Shown here: piece by piece, positions 26,997 through 41,600 of the stretch | Layout of the letters: each line of letters begins with the position of its first letter | How positions within the stretch are numbered: the first letter of the stretch is position 1 | NCBI RefSeq assembly: GCF_037042905.1 | Contig: NC_087245.1 | Span: 34,846,001-34,910,000, forward strand | Reading direction: 5' to 3' | DNA length: 64,000 bases | Origin: Lytechinus pictus | Lineage: Eukaryota | The notes under the pieces: generated by a model | What the model saw: only the letters and a program-made list of their open reading frames with translations | Databases searched by the model: none | What the model was told of the DNA's origin: nothing | Position numbers and translations under genes: made by a program

Positions 26997-28286
26997 GAAG
27001 ATGCTGGTGCGATGATCTCAGGCTACGAGCTGGTGAATAGGGCATGACAAGGTCTTGTAAATATTTTGGTGCCATACCATTTGAATCTTTCCAAGTGAGA
27101 AGAAGTATTTTAAATTCTACACGCTTCCGGATTGGCAACCAATGAAACTTTTGGAGGATTGGAGGAATGTCTGATGTCAGTGATATTAATCCTGAAAGGC
27201 CACTTAGTTTTGTTACAGAATATATTACAACAAAATGAAATTACTTCACTTCATCAAACTTCCTTTTTCATGTGTCAACAATTACCGTACTTCAAGAAAT
27301 GCAATAATAATAATATGGCAATTTCATTGATATACAATTCATATTTCATGAAGCAAATATGTGATAACACAACAGAAACAAAGAGGATAATATATAACTA
27401 AGTAAATAGAGCAATGAAATAGATACTATATCAGAAAAAATAAGTTTAATATATTCAAGATTGGAAAGGTTTAACTTTTATATTCATCTTCACCCTTTAA
27501 AAGCTACTTTAAAAGTTAAAAATGTTAGATATTTAGGTACATGAATCTATACTGATAATCATTTTCAATTTAATTGAATAATGAAACTCTGTTACGAAAG
27601 TAATGATCTTACAAATTACATCAGGGATTACATTCTTGGAACTATTTGACACTTCATACAAGAGAATACATGAGAAAAGACTGAATTTATGCCATCATTA
27701 TTTCCCTTATTGGAATACAGCCCATGCAATGTATACCACATTTTTACAAAATGAGGTAAAATTTGAATTTGAAACTCCTAAACTCCCTCAGTTTCTACTT
27801 GATTTGGACAAATTTTAGATTTTACTCTATTTGTTCAACTAATCTAATATTTTTGGTGGACTTGTCCACAAAACATTTCCCATTTGAATAATTTTACTCT
27901 CGAGTGAGTACTGTCCATTTAAAAGCTCGCAGATATCGGTTTGTGCAGAAATGCTCATATTCACACTGTCAAGGAGAAGAGACAAATACAAACTGATCAT
28001 GAGGAACATTTCTCATACATTTCTCTTGCATTTTTAGCCAACTGAAATAAAACAGATATATTTAAACATTTTCTAACAACTTTGACACCAAAATTAGCAT
28101 TTCAATCCTTCGGACGCACAGCCTTTACCTTTTTGTACCAGCTGGATCCGAGGACATAACTGAATGTAAACAAAAGTTTATTTCAGACATCTCCAGCATT
28201 ATGCCCATCCGCCAGGTGTACAAGAATGAGGACTGATGTACGGTACACATAAATCATAACGTCCTTTTGTCATGTTGCTAACCACA

Positions 28287-28704
28287 TTGGCCCGAATTCA
28301 CAAAGGTGGTTTTTAAAACCCATGGTTGAGTCCATGGTTTATGCAGATTTCCTGTATAAATTACGCTTATTTTACCACGTATATTAAAAAATGTCCAATG
28401 CTGATGTGAGCTTTTGTCACAGTGCGCCAAATTGATGCCTGTTGCCGTGGTTATCCACGCGATTTTATTCATGAGTCCACTGTTTTTATTCATGAGTCCA
28501 CTCTTCAAACAGTGGACTCATGAATAAAATAGCGTATCTAACCATGGTAACAGGCGTCAATTTGGCGCACTGTGACAAAAGCGCGCATCAGCATAGGACA
28601 TTTTTTATACACGCGCCAAACTAAGCGTAATTTATACAGGAAATCTGCATAGACCATGGATTTAACAGTGGGTTTTCAAAACCACCTTTGTGAATTTGGG
28701 CCAA
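28287..28704. mobile_element. Palindromic MITE with ~200-bp arms
   Basis: ttggcccgaattcacaaaggtggttt ... aaaccacctttgtgaatttgggccaa; arms remain complementary up to the centre (tattcatgagtccactg / cagtggactcatgaata). Confidence 0.85.
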
Positions 28705-29490
28705 AATATTTGAGCAATTGTTTTTGTACGACACAAATTCTTCAAGCAATTAGGAACCCAAGAATTATTACACAATTACACAGAAATAATTTGTAATCTG
28801 TAGAACTATAGGGGTTAAGGAAAGATCAGCATTATCTCTGCGGTTAACTACCAAATCATACAAGTAAATTGGACAATTGCAATAAAAGCGTCATAGCAGT
28901 TATAACATGAGAAGAGTTTTGTTTTTACTAAGTGATCTAGGTAATATTGACATATAACCAAAGTATGAGAGAAAGAGAAAACATGCAGAAAACCATTGTC
29001 ATTTCTTTCTAAAAAAAAAAAAATCAGGAAAGAGTTTAATGAACAGATGGTCATTTGTTCTAAGCCAATTAGATACAACCATTTCAGTAGCTTATAAACA
29101 AATGTTAGTGAAAAGAAGTAAACAAAAGTCAGTGAAAAGAAGTAACTTTTTCACGAAATGCTCTCCAGTTTAACAGGCCAAGACTCTATATTGCTGATCA
29201 CCCAGAGACTGATCAATGACTCTTCACAAGTCTATTAATCTCTCAACATTTCTATGGAATACTAATCTGATGGCTATTATATTGAGAGGATTGTGTCGGC
29301 TACAGGATTTTAATAGTTCATGATTTCCACAAGTCAAACCTATCCTTCCGCTTCGTTCCAAGATGTCTACTGGCTTTTAAGATTTCCAAAGGATCTCTAA
29401 CATGACGTCTTTCGCATCTTCAGAGCCACATAGAATGATGGCTACACCATCAGTTTGTCCTATTTTTTTTCTTCCAGGAAGCGACTGTTT

Positions 29491-29654
29491 TCACGATTTC
29501 GCTTCCACGAGTCCATTTGACTGGGGGTTGTCAAGTGAGTCACTGGTAAGGGCTGCATAGTCTGCCCCTCTCTCCACTCCCTGGGCCTTCTCCCGGATGG
29601 CAAACACTTCCTCGATGGCATTCTTGAAGCAAAGAAAGTTGTAGTCGATAAGAC
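29491..29654 (-). CDS. RRAGC: RRAGC/D last coding exon ([26 protein letters not shown]...VEAKS*)
   Basis: Acceptor ttttccccccAG; TGA at 29493-29491. Confidence 0.94.
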
Positions 29655-32600
29655 CTGGGGGGAAAATAGGCATGAAATCTGTTTGAAAATTGGCTGTCTC
29701 TCTTTTCAATTAGCTGGTCAATAGTGTCAAACATGGTGGTCCTCTCATCTCAGAGAATTTGGGATTTTTTTCTGTATGCTCTGTATCATGCTAAAGGAAT
29801 TTGAGTCACTAAGCCACCAATTTCTGACATACAAACATTTTAAAATGAAGTGACTCTACATTTTCCACATAAAACATTGACACATTTTCCTCATTTAAAG
29901 AAACTGATTCCACAGAGAAGCATCTTCTAGCCATGGGACAGTAGAATGATTTATCATAACTTATCACAAATATGATTAACAAAATGACATAACAGTGTAA
30001 AGCTTGGAATCTTCTCTTTGATCTGATGGTAATATGATGTCTACTTCATGCATGACTGGTGAGTTAACCCTTTGAATATTGTCACTACCAGGCCCTCCCT
30101 TAAGATCTCAGCTGCGGATTGTGCGATCGTGACGAAAATTTGCACAATGGAAGAGAATCACATAATAATAACAATAGGCATTTGTATAGCACCATCTATC
30201 TAGAAACAATCTATTCTGAGGCGCATTGTTATTACCCCGGCTTTAGCTCGAGCTACCTTTCAGTGCTTGTGCATTCAAGGAATTAATCCTGCCAGGTACC
30301 CATTCACCTCACCTACAGTCTCGCTCTGTTATGCAGGCGAGACCAAAATTGCAGTACAAAAATAAATATCTTATGTATTATATTTTACATTTTTTTTAAT
30401 ACAATTTTTTTTGGGGGGAGGGCCCTAATCATAATCGGTTCTATAAAGGCAATAAATAATGTCCTTTATTTTTCATTTATTTTCCTTGTTTCTCTTTTCC
30501 TTTTTTCTTTTTTATACTGTAACTTTGATATTCAGTACTACCATTTCACATTCTTTTTTTTTCTTCATTCTACAAAGAAATAATTTATATTCTTTGAAAA
30601 ATAAAGTTAAAGAATGAAGTATCATTCTTAAAATACCAAAAGTAGTAATTTATCTTCTGATCTTTCAATGATTATTTCGGTGGAATTGGCTACCCCAAAA
30701 TGTTAATAACTTTGTTCTCCAATGTTTTTTAACATCCCGGTTTTGGAGGTGAGGTTTATTTCCGGAAAATATGGTATATCCAGCTTGCCTTGAAAGTGAC
30801 AGTTTGGCCATGACCTTAACCAACAAGGATTATTTGCTTGAATACTATCATTCTCCCAGATATCTGACACTGGACCTACCTTGCCTGTCAAAGTTATCCT
30901 CTCTAAGTAAACACACCAGGGCAAGAAATTTGTTGACTTCTTTCAGGTAAAGAACGGTAGAATTATTCAGCTTGATGATCGAACTAGACTCAGAATCATA
31001 GGCACTGCCATCATCCTCTCTTTCTAAACTGCTGCATAAAAATAAACACAATAGATTGGGTAAAAATCATACATGTGGTGTGTACATCAGAGCATAGGCG
31101 GAAATCTGTCCCCAAAGGAAGGGAGGACCAGGGGCTGGAAAATTTGACCAAAAAAAAAAGGCTTTCACCCAAACTGTCATTTAGTCCAAAATACATGTAC
31201 TATTTCCACTGTGAATGATGTATTTTTCTCCATCATAAAAGACAAAAGTAGAAGGGGGACATTTGATATTGTGTCCCCCCTACTATTTTTGATAGGGGGG
31301 GACGCGTCCTGGGATTTCCGCCCATGCATCAGGGGAATGATAACATTTGTAAAACATTACTCTAAACCTCATATTTTACTTCTAAGAGATCTGGTATAAC
31401 TATCATGACTTTTAGAATTATCACGTTATAATAATAAATGTTATTTTTAAAGTTGTTTCTTTCTTTTATTCCTTTAGGTAATTTCATATTAAAGTTATTG
31501 GGTCACTTCAATATAATAATAATAATGCATTCATAGAGCACTCAATATCAAGATCTCTATGCGCTTAACATTAAATTATTGAATTACAATTGAATTACAA
31601 CTACTTTACATTCTACATTATTATTCTATCATTAGATATACATTATATGGTTGACATATCATTACAAGGTATAATACTATTAAATTGACCTACACTACAT
31701 TATTAGACTACATCAATAACAGCAATGAAAACTACAACAGTGATAATAGATAGGTCTTGATAGATTTCTTGAAATCGTCTATTGGGGTTGCTACACGTAG
31801 TTGGGGATAAAATAGTTCAACCCCCCCAAAAAAAAAGAATGGGGGTGCGCTAATTCAATCCCCATTCTTGTAAGACGTTGATTTTTCTTTTGCAAATAAA
31901 TTCACAAGACAATATTTTCTACTGCAATTTCATGACTGATCTCTTTGCCTCTCAAGCATATTTTGAGATTGATCAGGTATATGGTTCATGGGTTAATATA
32001 TATAAACATATATATACATAAATATAACTGAGACAATAAGTGTGACTCATTCTTTTGTGAAACAGTCCCCAAATATGCTTACCCATAGATACATGAAACA
32101 TCGATGACAACATCAATCATATCACAGCATAATTCATATGACTGCATGTCCACGGGGGAGCTATCGGTAGCGATGTAGATCTTACTTACAACATCAAAGA
32201 GAAAGGCCTTCTCAATGCCAGAATTCTGTTCAAAGAAACAGCAAAATAAATAAATATAAATTCGGCAATGACATCATAATCTCATAGCGCCCTCTATCAG
32301 AGGACATATGAATATGCGTAAAAGGGATTGTCAGAGATGCATCAGCATCTTTTTTTTTTTTTTTTTTACTTTCCATAACTTTAAGTCTTCCCTTTAAAAG
32401 AAAGCGAACTGACCAATACTAATTATATTGTCTCTCATTGACTATGTTATGAATGGCTCGTCTAAAATGTACCTTTGAGATCATTATTAGAATTACAGAG
32501 GATAAATTAGCCTAACAAGGCAAACGCCAAGCGTTGTCTCGCCTGCATATTGCAGTCATGAAGAGACTGCATGTCAAAACTACATGTATGCTATATGACT

Positions 32601-35600
32601 TAGATGGACCTCTGTTACGAGTTTGGCGATCCCACCTTGAAGCTATAGAAAGTTATTGTGTGTACAACACAGCAGTGCCAGTCATGGAAAGTTCATTGAC
32701 CTTTGACCTTAATCAAATTCAACTCACATTCAAACTTGACCTGCACCTTCAAGAGATGGACCTCTTGTTTGAATTTGGCAATCCTACCTCGAAGATATAA
32801 AAAGTTATTATGTGTACAACAAAGCACAGTGCCAGTCATGGAAAGTTCATTGACCTTTGACCTTATTCAAATTCGACTCATATTCGAACTTGACTTGTAC
32901 CTTCAAGAGATGGACGTCTGTTATGAATTTGGCGATCTCACCTCGAAGCTATAGAAAGTTATTGTGTGTACAACACAGCACAGTGCCAGTCATGGAAAGT
33001 TCATTGACCTTTGACCTTTGACCTTATTCACATTCGACTCATATTCAAACTTGACCTGTGCCTTCAGGAGATGGACCTCTGGTATGAATTTGGTGATCCC
33101 ACCTCGAAGATATAGAAAGTTATTATGTGTACAACACAGCACAGTGCCAGTCATGGAAAGTTCATTGACCTTTGACCTTATTCAAATTCGACTCCTATTC
33201 GAACTTGACCTGTGCCTTCAGGAGATGGACCTCTGGTATGAATTTGGTGATCCCACCTCGAAGATATAGAAAGTTATTATGTGTACAACACAGCACAGTG
33301 CTAGTCATGGAAAGTTCATTGACCTTTGACCTTATTCCAATTTGACTCATATTCGAACTTGACCTGTGCCTTCAGGAGATGGACCTCTGTTATGAATTTG
33401 GTGATCCCTCCTCGAAGCTATAGAAAGTTATTGGGTGTACAAAGTTATTATGTGTACAACACAGCACAGTGCCAGTCATGGAAAGTTCATTGACCTTTGA
33501 CCTTATTCCAATTTGACTCATATTCGAACTTGACCTGTGCCTTCAGGAGATGGACCTCTGGTATGAATTTGGTGATCCCACCTCGAAGCTATAGAAAGTT
33601 ATTGGGTGTACAACACAACTGTTGACGACGCCGACGCCGGAAATAGTGATACCTATGTCTCGCTCCGCTACGCAGGCAAAACAAAAATTGTTCTTTTTAT
33701 ACAAATATGATGAAACTTTTTGAGAGACAAGGTACCTTTTGCAACTTGAAAAAAATATTGCAATATGCATGTGATGAGTAGCAAATTAGTGTGTTTGACT
33801 TAAGTTGGCCTACACTACTAAGTATGTTGCATTGTGGGTTATGCTCCTGGCAAGATAAGAGTAGTTGAGGACCTGAGTGCCGGTTTGTATGCCCTTTAAT
33901 CACTTACTGAAATAAGAATGTTGAGCAGATTCTCCAGTGTAGGAAGCTGAGGAATGAGCTTCTGAACAACCTTGCTGAAAGCTTCAAAGATGGAGTGATC
34001 GTAGATGCTGGTCAGATAAAAGCTAAGAGATCAGGGGATAACAGTACATTCTCCATTAGTTTCATCAAATTTGTTGTATGTTTTTGGGATAGATCCAATT
34101 GCATAGAGTCTGATGACAGATATCAGAGCACTATTATGATATATTACAAAAGACCTCAGACTGTGCGATATGCTATGAATTGATGTAATCAGAAATTAAA
34201 ACAGATCTACCATTAATACATTCAGATCCTTCATATGTTTGGTTCGAATTGAAATTTTCAAAAAGGCATTAAAAATCCATCTCTTTTGTAGTTTCATAGT
34301 TTTAGCATTATACATGAATAATATATAATTTATGAATAATTCATAATTTTATGAATTATTTATAATTTATTTTAAGTATTTTCATTGTAAGCGCTTTGGG
34401 TCTTATGGAAAAAGCGCCGTGTAAGTATTAAGTATTATTATTTCAATTATTATTGGCCTTTCATCAACATTTGTCATCTGACATTTTTCTTTGGTTTTTA
34501 TTGGCTGAGAACAGGTGCGTAACTGTGCCAAGATTACACAGATACTATGGTACCATGAACCCCTTCAGTTCTCAAAGTAACTTATCAGGTTCTTATTTGG
34601 TGATATCACAGAAGTCATCAAAGTACCTAATCAGGTTCTTATTTTGGTGAGATCGCAGAAGTTGTGCAATACTTTGTCTCACTGCCAGAACATGCTTGCT
34701 CTCACACATCAACATCGCTTTGGACATTACGAGTATCAATTAAGAGTATTATATAAAATGACAATTTGCATATCCATCCAACAATCCTCTACATGTAGTT
34801 CTCGCAGGTAAACGTCATGACCTGCATGGCCTTTGACTTTGAAACCCCAAACTAATAAAGAACATCAATAATAATAATAATAATTAGACTTATATCGCGC
34901 CAAATCCCCTCTGTAGAGTGCTCAAGGTGCTTTTCAGGAAATTATAAAGGAAATTCAGGGACTCGGTTTTATAATTATAAGGGGAGCAATAAAAAGCTCT
35001 CCTAGAACTTTTAAGGAGAGCGGTAGAGGAGCACTTCAAAAAGCTCTTCTTCAACATACAAGGGGAGCTTTTTGCCCAATTAACAAAATGGATGGAGGAA
35101 ATGTATGTACTATAAAATTACAATCAACAACCAAAGGAAGTATTTATAATTGTTTTACAATGTATTGTAATTAGATTGTGTGTTGTAAAACCTGTTTTAG
35201 TTAGGTTTTGACTTTGGCTAAAAGTTAAGTCACTGACAATTTTTTTTTTTTTTCGGGGGCTCCATTTTAATTTTTTTGTCAAATTTCGGGGGCTCTTTTT
35301 AAATGCTACTTTTTTGTATTTTGAGGAATACCTGTTCACTTATTAAGGAATTATTACTTTTTGTTTAATATTGTATGATTTTTAAAGTTATTTATCATGT
35401 TTAGAATCTTGGATGTGGGTGTGTGTGGATGGGTGGGTGTGTGTGAATGTGTGCGTGTGTGTGTGACTGTGAGTTGGACTTGGATATAAATGAATTCAAT
35501 ATCTAATTTCTACTCCATTTATTCCAGTACAATACCCTAGTCAGCCATGTACATGTAATAAAGGCCCACTTACCCTAACTTTTCCTGAAGTTCTTTGAAA

Positions 35601-38600
35601 ACGCAGATCTCCATAAAAAATTAATTTCTCTATGGGGGAGTCTAAATTTGGTGAGAATGTATTCATTAAGAACTTAAATATACATGACAATGAAGAAATC
35701 ATCAAACTTTATTGGCAGTTTTGAATAATATTCCTGAAATGTAAACTCTGTCTGAAACAGAAAATCACCATCATTGAGGCCTTTACTGAGCGAATTGTCC
35801 CCCAGAGCTCTGGCAGAGAGACAGAGCTCCAACTGGCTAGCTAGTAAAAGCGCCAATGCGTGAGCCTGCCGCCGTCCTTGTAAAAAAGATGGAGCTTTGT
35901 TTGATGATTTATTGTCTGATATAATACCTCATCCCCTAGAAAAAGAAAACAAATGATTTTTTTAGTTATAATTGATAAATTAGATAACTTATTTTGGAAG
36001 CTAATAAGCCGTTTTGAAAAGCAAAGCCGAATGACAACTCACCAATGCTAGGTTACTAGACTCTGGGATTTATTTCCTGTGTAATCCAAATTATTTTATC
36101 ACAGAATTGTGATATCTGTAGGGGAAACATGTGCATTCGAAATGGCACACGGTGGTAGTCATAATGGACCCCTATACATGCAACTCTTTCCCGACCGTTG
36201 CGTTGATTTTTTTTTTCCATACCTGGTACCATGTGTATGGAAATACGTGGTACAGAAAAAATAACGCAACTTCGGAATTTGAAACTGCGCTACTCGCTAC
36301 TTTTAAGGCTTATTCGTGATTTTGAGTGTGGATTTTGGATGGTTTTTAAATGGTAAGCGGAGCTCGAGCATATGGCACTAGTGGGCCGTTGAGTTGTTAT
36401 CACTCGGCAATAATTTCGGGGGCGACATTCAGATTTTATGTCGCCCCCGAAAGCATGATTTTGAGGGCGACTTTAGGCATTTTCGCGCAGGTCAGCTGTC
36501 GCGAGGCGCGCTATTAATCGCGCTACCAAAAATGGATTAAGGCGCGCATGTAGCGCGCGATCGCTCTCGCGCGCCTTAAAATCGAGTCCCTGGAAATTAA
36601 GAAGAATTGAAGAGAAATGTTTTAAGGTATTGTTTGAAAGTTTCAGAGGTCAAGCACTGTTCAATGTTTTCAGGGAGGCTATTCCATAACTTGGAGGATG
36701 AGTGAACAAATGATCTTTCCCCTCAGGTTTTGGAAACTTAGGGGGTAACGAGAGAACTGGAAGAGGAGGAACGTAAGGATCTTGAAGGGGTATAACTTTT
36801 GATCAGTGGAATGACGTACTGGGGAGAAGAGCCATGGACACAGTGGAAAGTTAACAACAAAATCTTGAACATACTACGTTGTTTTACAGGGAGCCAATGT
36901 CAGGATCTTAAAATTGGAGTAATGTGAGTACGCCTGGTGGATAGAGAAACAATGCGAGCGGCAGCATTTTGAAGTTTCTGAACTTTGACTAACTGATTCT
37001 GGGGTAGATTGAACAAAAGGGAGTTACCAAAATCGAGACGGGACGAAATTAAAGCGTGAACCACTTTTGTCCCTACCTCATGCATATAGGAGCCAAGTGC
37101 GGAGTTGATCAGTCAAAGTACAACATAGTTATAGCAAGATAGAGGATGGTACAGTACTAACGGACAAACCCAGAACACAATACTTGCACATACCTAAGGT
37201 GAATACACTCAAGCCCAGCATCAGCCAGATCCTCGTTGGCTCTTCTATGGATGTCTCGTTGGGTCTCAATCTTGTGATCATCTGACAGGCCATCCACCTT
37301 GTGAATGAACACCTTGAACTTGATGTTTGGGTTGACTTTGTACGCTCTTGATACAGTCACGTGCAGCTTGGCGAGTGCGTCCATGTAATCATCCTAAGAA
37401 AGATTAAGGTCATGTGGTAAATCTTCAAAGAATTTTGATAAGCCATTTGACAAACTCAACAATTTTTTTTTTTAACTTCTTATTTTCTCAGCCCCGCAGG
37501 CACTGTCCTTAGCATGTTAACCCCATTTTTACATCCATGATCTGAGCAGGGTCATTTCCCTGATCTATCCACACTCATCAAATCATAAAATTGTATTGTT
37601 TGTTTAAGATTGATAGGGATATCAGCACACAAACCTGAAAGAAAATTTGGATGGATGAGTACTAAAAGCTGTGCAATGAAGGCAAACCACCAGTACACTT
37701 TGTGATATACTGTAAAACCAGTGGAAATTAACTATTTTATTCAAACAAGTACATTTACAGTGAAATAACTCTACCCTAGTAACTTAATAACAAAAACAAA
37801 AATCCCACTGGTTCCAATTTTTTCTGATTTATGATTTGAATTCCAGTTCATGGTGGCTTAGCCGTGAACCACAATAGCCTGGTGGTTGAGTCGCTGCCCG
37901 GAAAGCAGTAGATGGCAGGTTCGAATCCCACTGGTTCCAATTTTTTTCTGACTTATGATTTTCATTCAGATCAAGCATAGCGATCTTAAACAATTTTATA
38001 GGAGTAATGCCCAAAAATTTATTTTCAAATTATAATTTCCTCCTATTATAGCCTCTTTATTTACTAAAAATAAAAATGAAAATGTAATGCAATTGTTGGA
38101 ATTAGGCATAAAACAGTCATGACCTGTTGTCTCCATCATTGTGCATTTCTTATTATCAAACTTGTAATGGACTGTCAAGCACCGATGTTGCCCTTCTAAA
38201 CATGCTCATGGTTGCGATTTGATGAGCCTGGTTAGTAGATCATGGATATTTTCCCGGTCAGATCAGGGAATTCCCTGATCAGATTCTGGGTGATCAAAGG
38301 GGTTGATATGCTAAAGAGTGCAGAACACAGCAGCATGCAAACTTGGAATGGGCTGATCTGAATACAACCACTGTTGCACAATATATTGTGTATTTAAAAC
38401 CATTGAAGTGAGACCAATGAATTTTTTTTTAGAAGTTAGAACATGAAGTTAGCTTCCTATTTCCACCCATTTAATCAAGAATAATTTTTAATTTTGCAAT
38501 TTATTCAGCCATACATCAGAGTAACATTTTTGGGGGATGTGCTGTACATGTAGTTTGCTTCAAGTTTCTAAATATTTTTACTTACATGTAGATAGGTGAA

Positions 38601-41600
38601 TAATATCACTGTAAAGTTGAAAACTTTAAACCTAATTAAAAATCTTAAGTAATGTGACAGAATTAACTGAATGGAACGTTTGCAAACCTAGCATAAGAAA
38701 TAGGAACCTGACAAATTATGATATAGGCCTATTTTATAAAACATGCACCACCTATTAAACTATGACAATAGCTCTTGGCAATATATATATCTCATCGATT
38801 GCAAGTAACTTTGCGACCGATAGTAAGATTTATGAAACATGATCGAAGCCTGTTCCGTACCTGTGCATCAATGACGAAGACGAGTGCCTCACAGGTGCCA
38901 AAGATCATTTCAGAATCGAACGCTGGGTCAAAGAAGTCCATCTGGCCGGGAAAATCCCAAATTTGAAACTGGACAAATGAACTATTGTTGATGTCTATCC
39001 ATAGGAGCAAAACAAAATTCAAAAACAAAGATTAATATGAAACCTGGTTTGACAAAGGTTTGACAAAGGGCCATCAGAAGGGTGAGAAATTGGCCTCTAA
39101 CTTGGGAGCCTCCCACGAATTCCGGATGGTTGGCATCTCCGTGTATTATATTCAATTATGTAGGCAATTATATCATACTTCAAAGAATACAATGAAAGAG
39201 AGAAAAGTGTACTATTCATCAGCCCCTCTCCCTTAGCATCACATCCACATTGTTTGTGTATCACTGATTCTTAAACTAAAATGATATCATAGGACTTATT
39301 TTATTTCACTTCTCACTTTGACGAAATTCACAGTGATATACTTGTTTGATTTTTTCCTTCTCTAGCTATTGTGGGCGCATCGTGGTCTAGTGGTTTTCAC
39401 TCTCGCCTTTCAAACAGAGGGTCATGAACCCATGACTCATGGGTTCGAATCCTAGCCATGGCATGATTTCCTTCAGCAAGAAATTTATCCACACTTTGCT
39501 GCTCTCGACCCAGGTGAGGTGAATGGGTACCCGACAGGATTAATTCCTTGAATGCACAAGCGCTGAAAGGCAGCTCAAGCTACTAAAGGCCAAGGTAATA
39601 ATAATAACAATGCGCCTCGAAATAGATTATTCCTCGATAGATGGCGCTATACAAATGCCTATTATTATTATCATTATTATTAAAATCAACATATGTTTGT
39701 GGTGGACTTGGCCCCTGAAGGTTTAATATATATATGTATGCCATGGGGAGAAAGACAAAACATGAATGAGAAAAACACCCTTTATGTCTTACCATAAATG
39801 AGAAAAACCATCCTTTTTCAGCTTTTATATCTTACCATCTTTAACGATCTTATTTGTGCTCTCCAGGAATAATGTTTCATTTGGGGACATCTTGTGGAAA
39901 ACTACTTTCTGTATCGATGACTTCCCACTCCTGTTTGAATCAAGAACAGAGAAAGACATAGGATTTTCTCTAGCAGAAATAAATCATATAACTTTAGTAT
40001 TTCCTGCTTTAAAGGTCAAGTCCACCCCAAAACAGTTATATGCACAACTCAGTGATATGCAAATGAGAGAGTCAATGATGTCTATCACTCACTGTTTATT
40101 TTGTTTTTTACTGTTTGAATGATACAATATTTCAATTTTTACAGAATTGACAATAATGTAAAACTTGACTGAACCACATTAAATGTTAAACAATGTTGAT
40201 TCCACATGTTCAGGAAACAAAAAAATACAATTTCACATGACAAGGGGATAAAATAAGAATATTTCACATATCATATCATAAAATACAAAAGAAATAGTGT
40301 GCGGGTGACGTCATCAGTCCCCTCATGTGCATATAACTGTTGTGAGAAATTTAGCAGAATTTTAAAATGGCATAACTTTCTTATTTTACAACCGACTTTG
40401 ATTAATTTTTCAATATCATGGCTATGCTTTTTTGGATTTTTCTCTTTTTATTCAAATCAACTTTTTGTTGGGGTGGACTTGTCTTTTAAAGATCATTATA
40501 AGCAGTTGTAGTAAACAATGATGTCATAAGAAAGTCTGTAAAACTATGATTGCCACTACACAGTGAGTATAAAAAAATTTAACACTTAAAAATAATTCTG
40601 TAAAATTATGTATTTTGTAATATCCTGAAGTTGTTTCCACATTTAAACATTGGTAAAGATCTTTTCAAGCAAATGACGATAAAATTGTAAAAAAACCAAA
40701 AACATTCTGCTTGAGTGAGCACTGGTCACCTACTTTTGAAAAGTTTGTAAAAAAAGATTTGCGCAGAACTCGGAAATAGTTATATATATACGGTAAAGGT
40801 TAATCATAAAGAACACATGGATAATAGCTAGGAAGATTGATTTTAAGTTATCTTTTACCATTTTAACTTGTTTCCTTTCTCAAAACACTTCATAGAAAGG
40901 CGAGAGCCATTGCATCCCCCCCCCCCCCTGCCCACACACCGACACAATCCTGATGATATCGGCCTTACACAGAGCTGTGTTTCACATGAAATGGCTTAGG
41001 CTTGATTTTAATTCTGTTAATCATTGTCAGGCTTAGGGAAAGTGTAAAGAAACAAGTACTAAATTAAATATGAAATATAAACCCACTTTAAATGACAAAA
41101 AATAATTTCAAGACAGATTTCCAAACTGGTTTAAAAGACCACTTTACATCGCTTCCAACACCGCTTTGAGCATTCTCATTACACATTAAACTGGTTTCCA
41201 CTGAACTAGTTTCAGAAAGTAGATTAGATTGGTGTCTATATTAATAAAGTTCTTACCTCCTGAGCCCCATGAGCAATATTCTTGGCCTAGCATCCGAGGA
41301 TGGAACCTTTATCTCTCCATTCTGTCCTTCTTGAGAGTATTGAAATTCCTGTGGGAAAGAGCCAACGACACAGTAACGCTCATCACCTCCAAAACCTGAT
41401 CCCTCTTCCAAAGACGACTGCATGGGGAAAATTTGAAAAAGTAGTAATTTATCAGTAAATCAAAGAGGCCTAACGTAAACTTTTACCACCAGGGAGACAA
41501 CTACCTCAAGTGATGTTCGTGCAGGCTCCACTCCACTTCACTACCGCTACACCTACCCGAACATCAAGGTGGTGAACTCGTTCTGATACTCCGAGTGACA

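Noticed and set aside
32534..33269. Repeated ORFs ([12 protein letters not shown]...)
   Set aside because: The 154-bp unit is not a multiple of 3; non-coding internal repeat of a mobile element
35270..35415. Local duplication with 48390-48525 (similarly 22970-23230 with 44790-45020)
   Set aside because: Real similarity, but best explained as fragments of ordinary dispersed repeats; termini not definable
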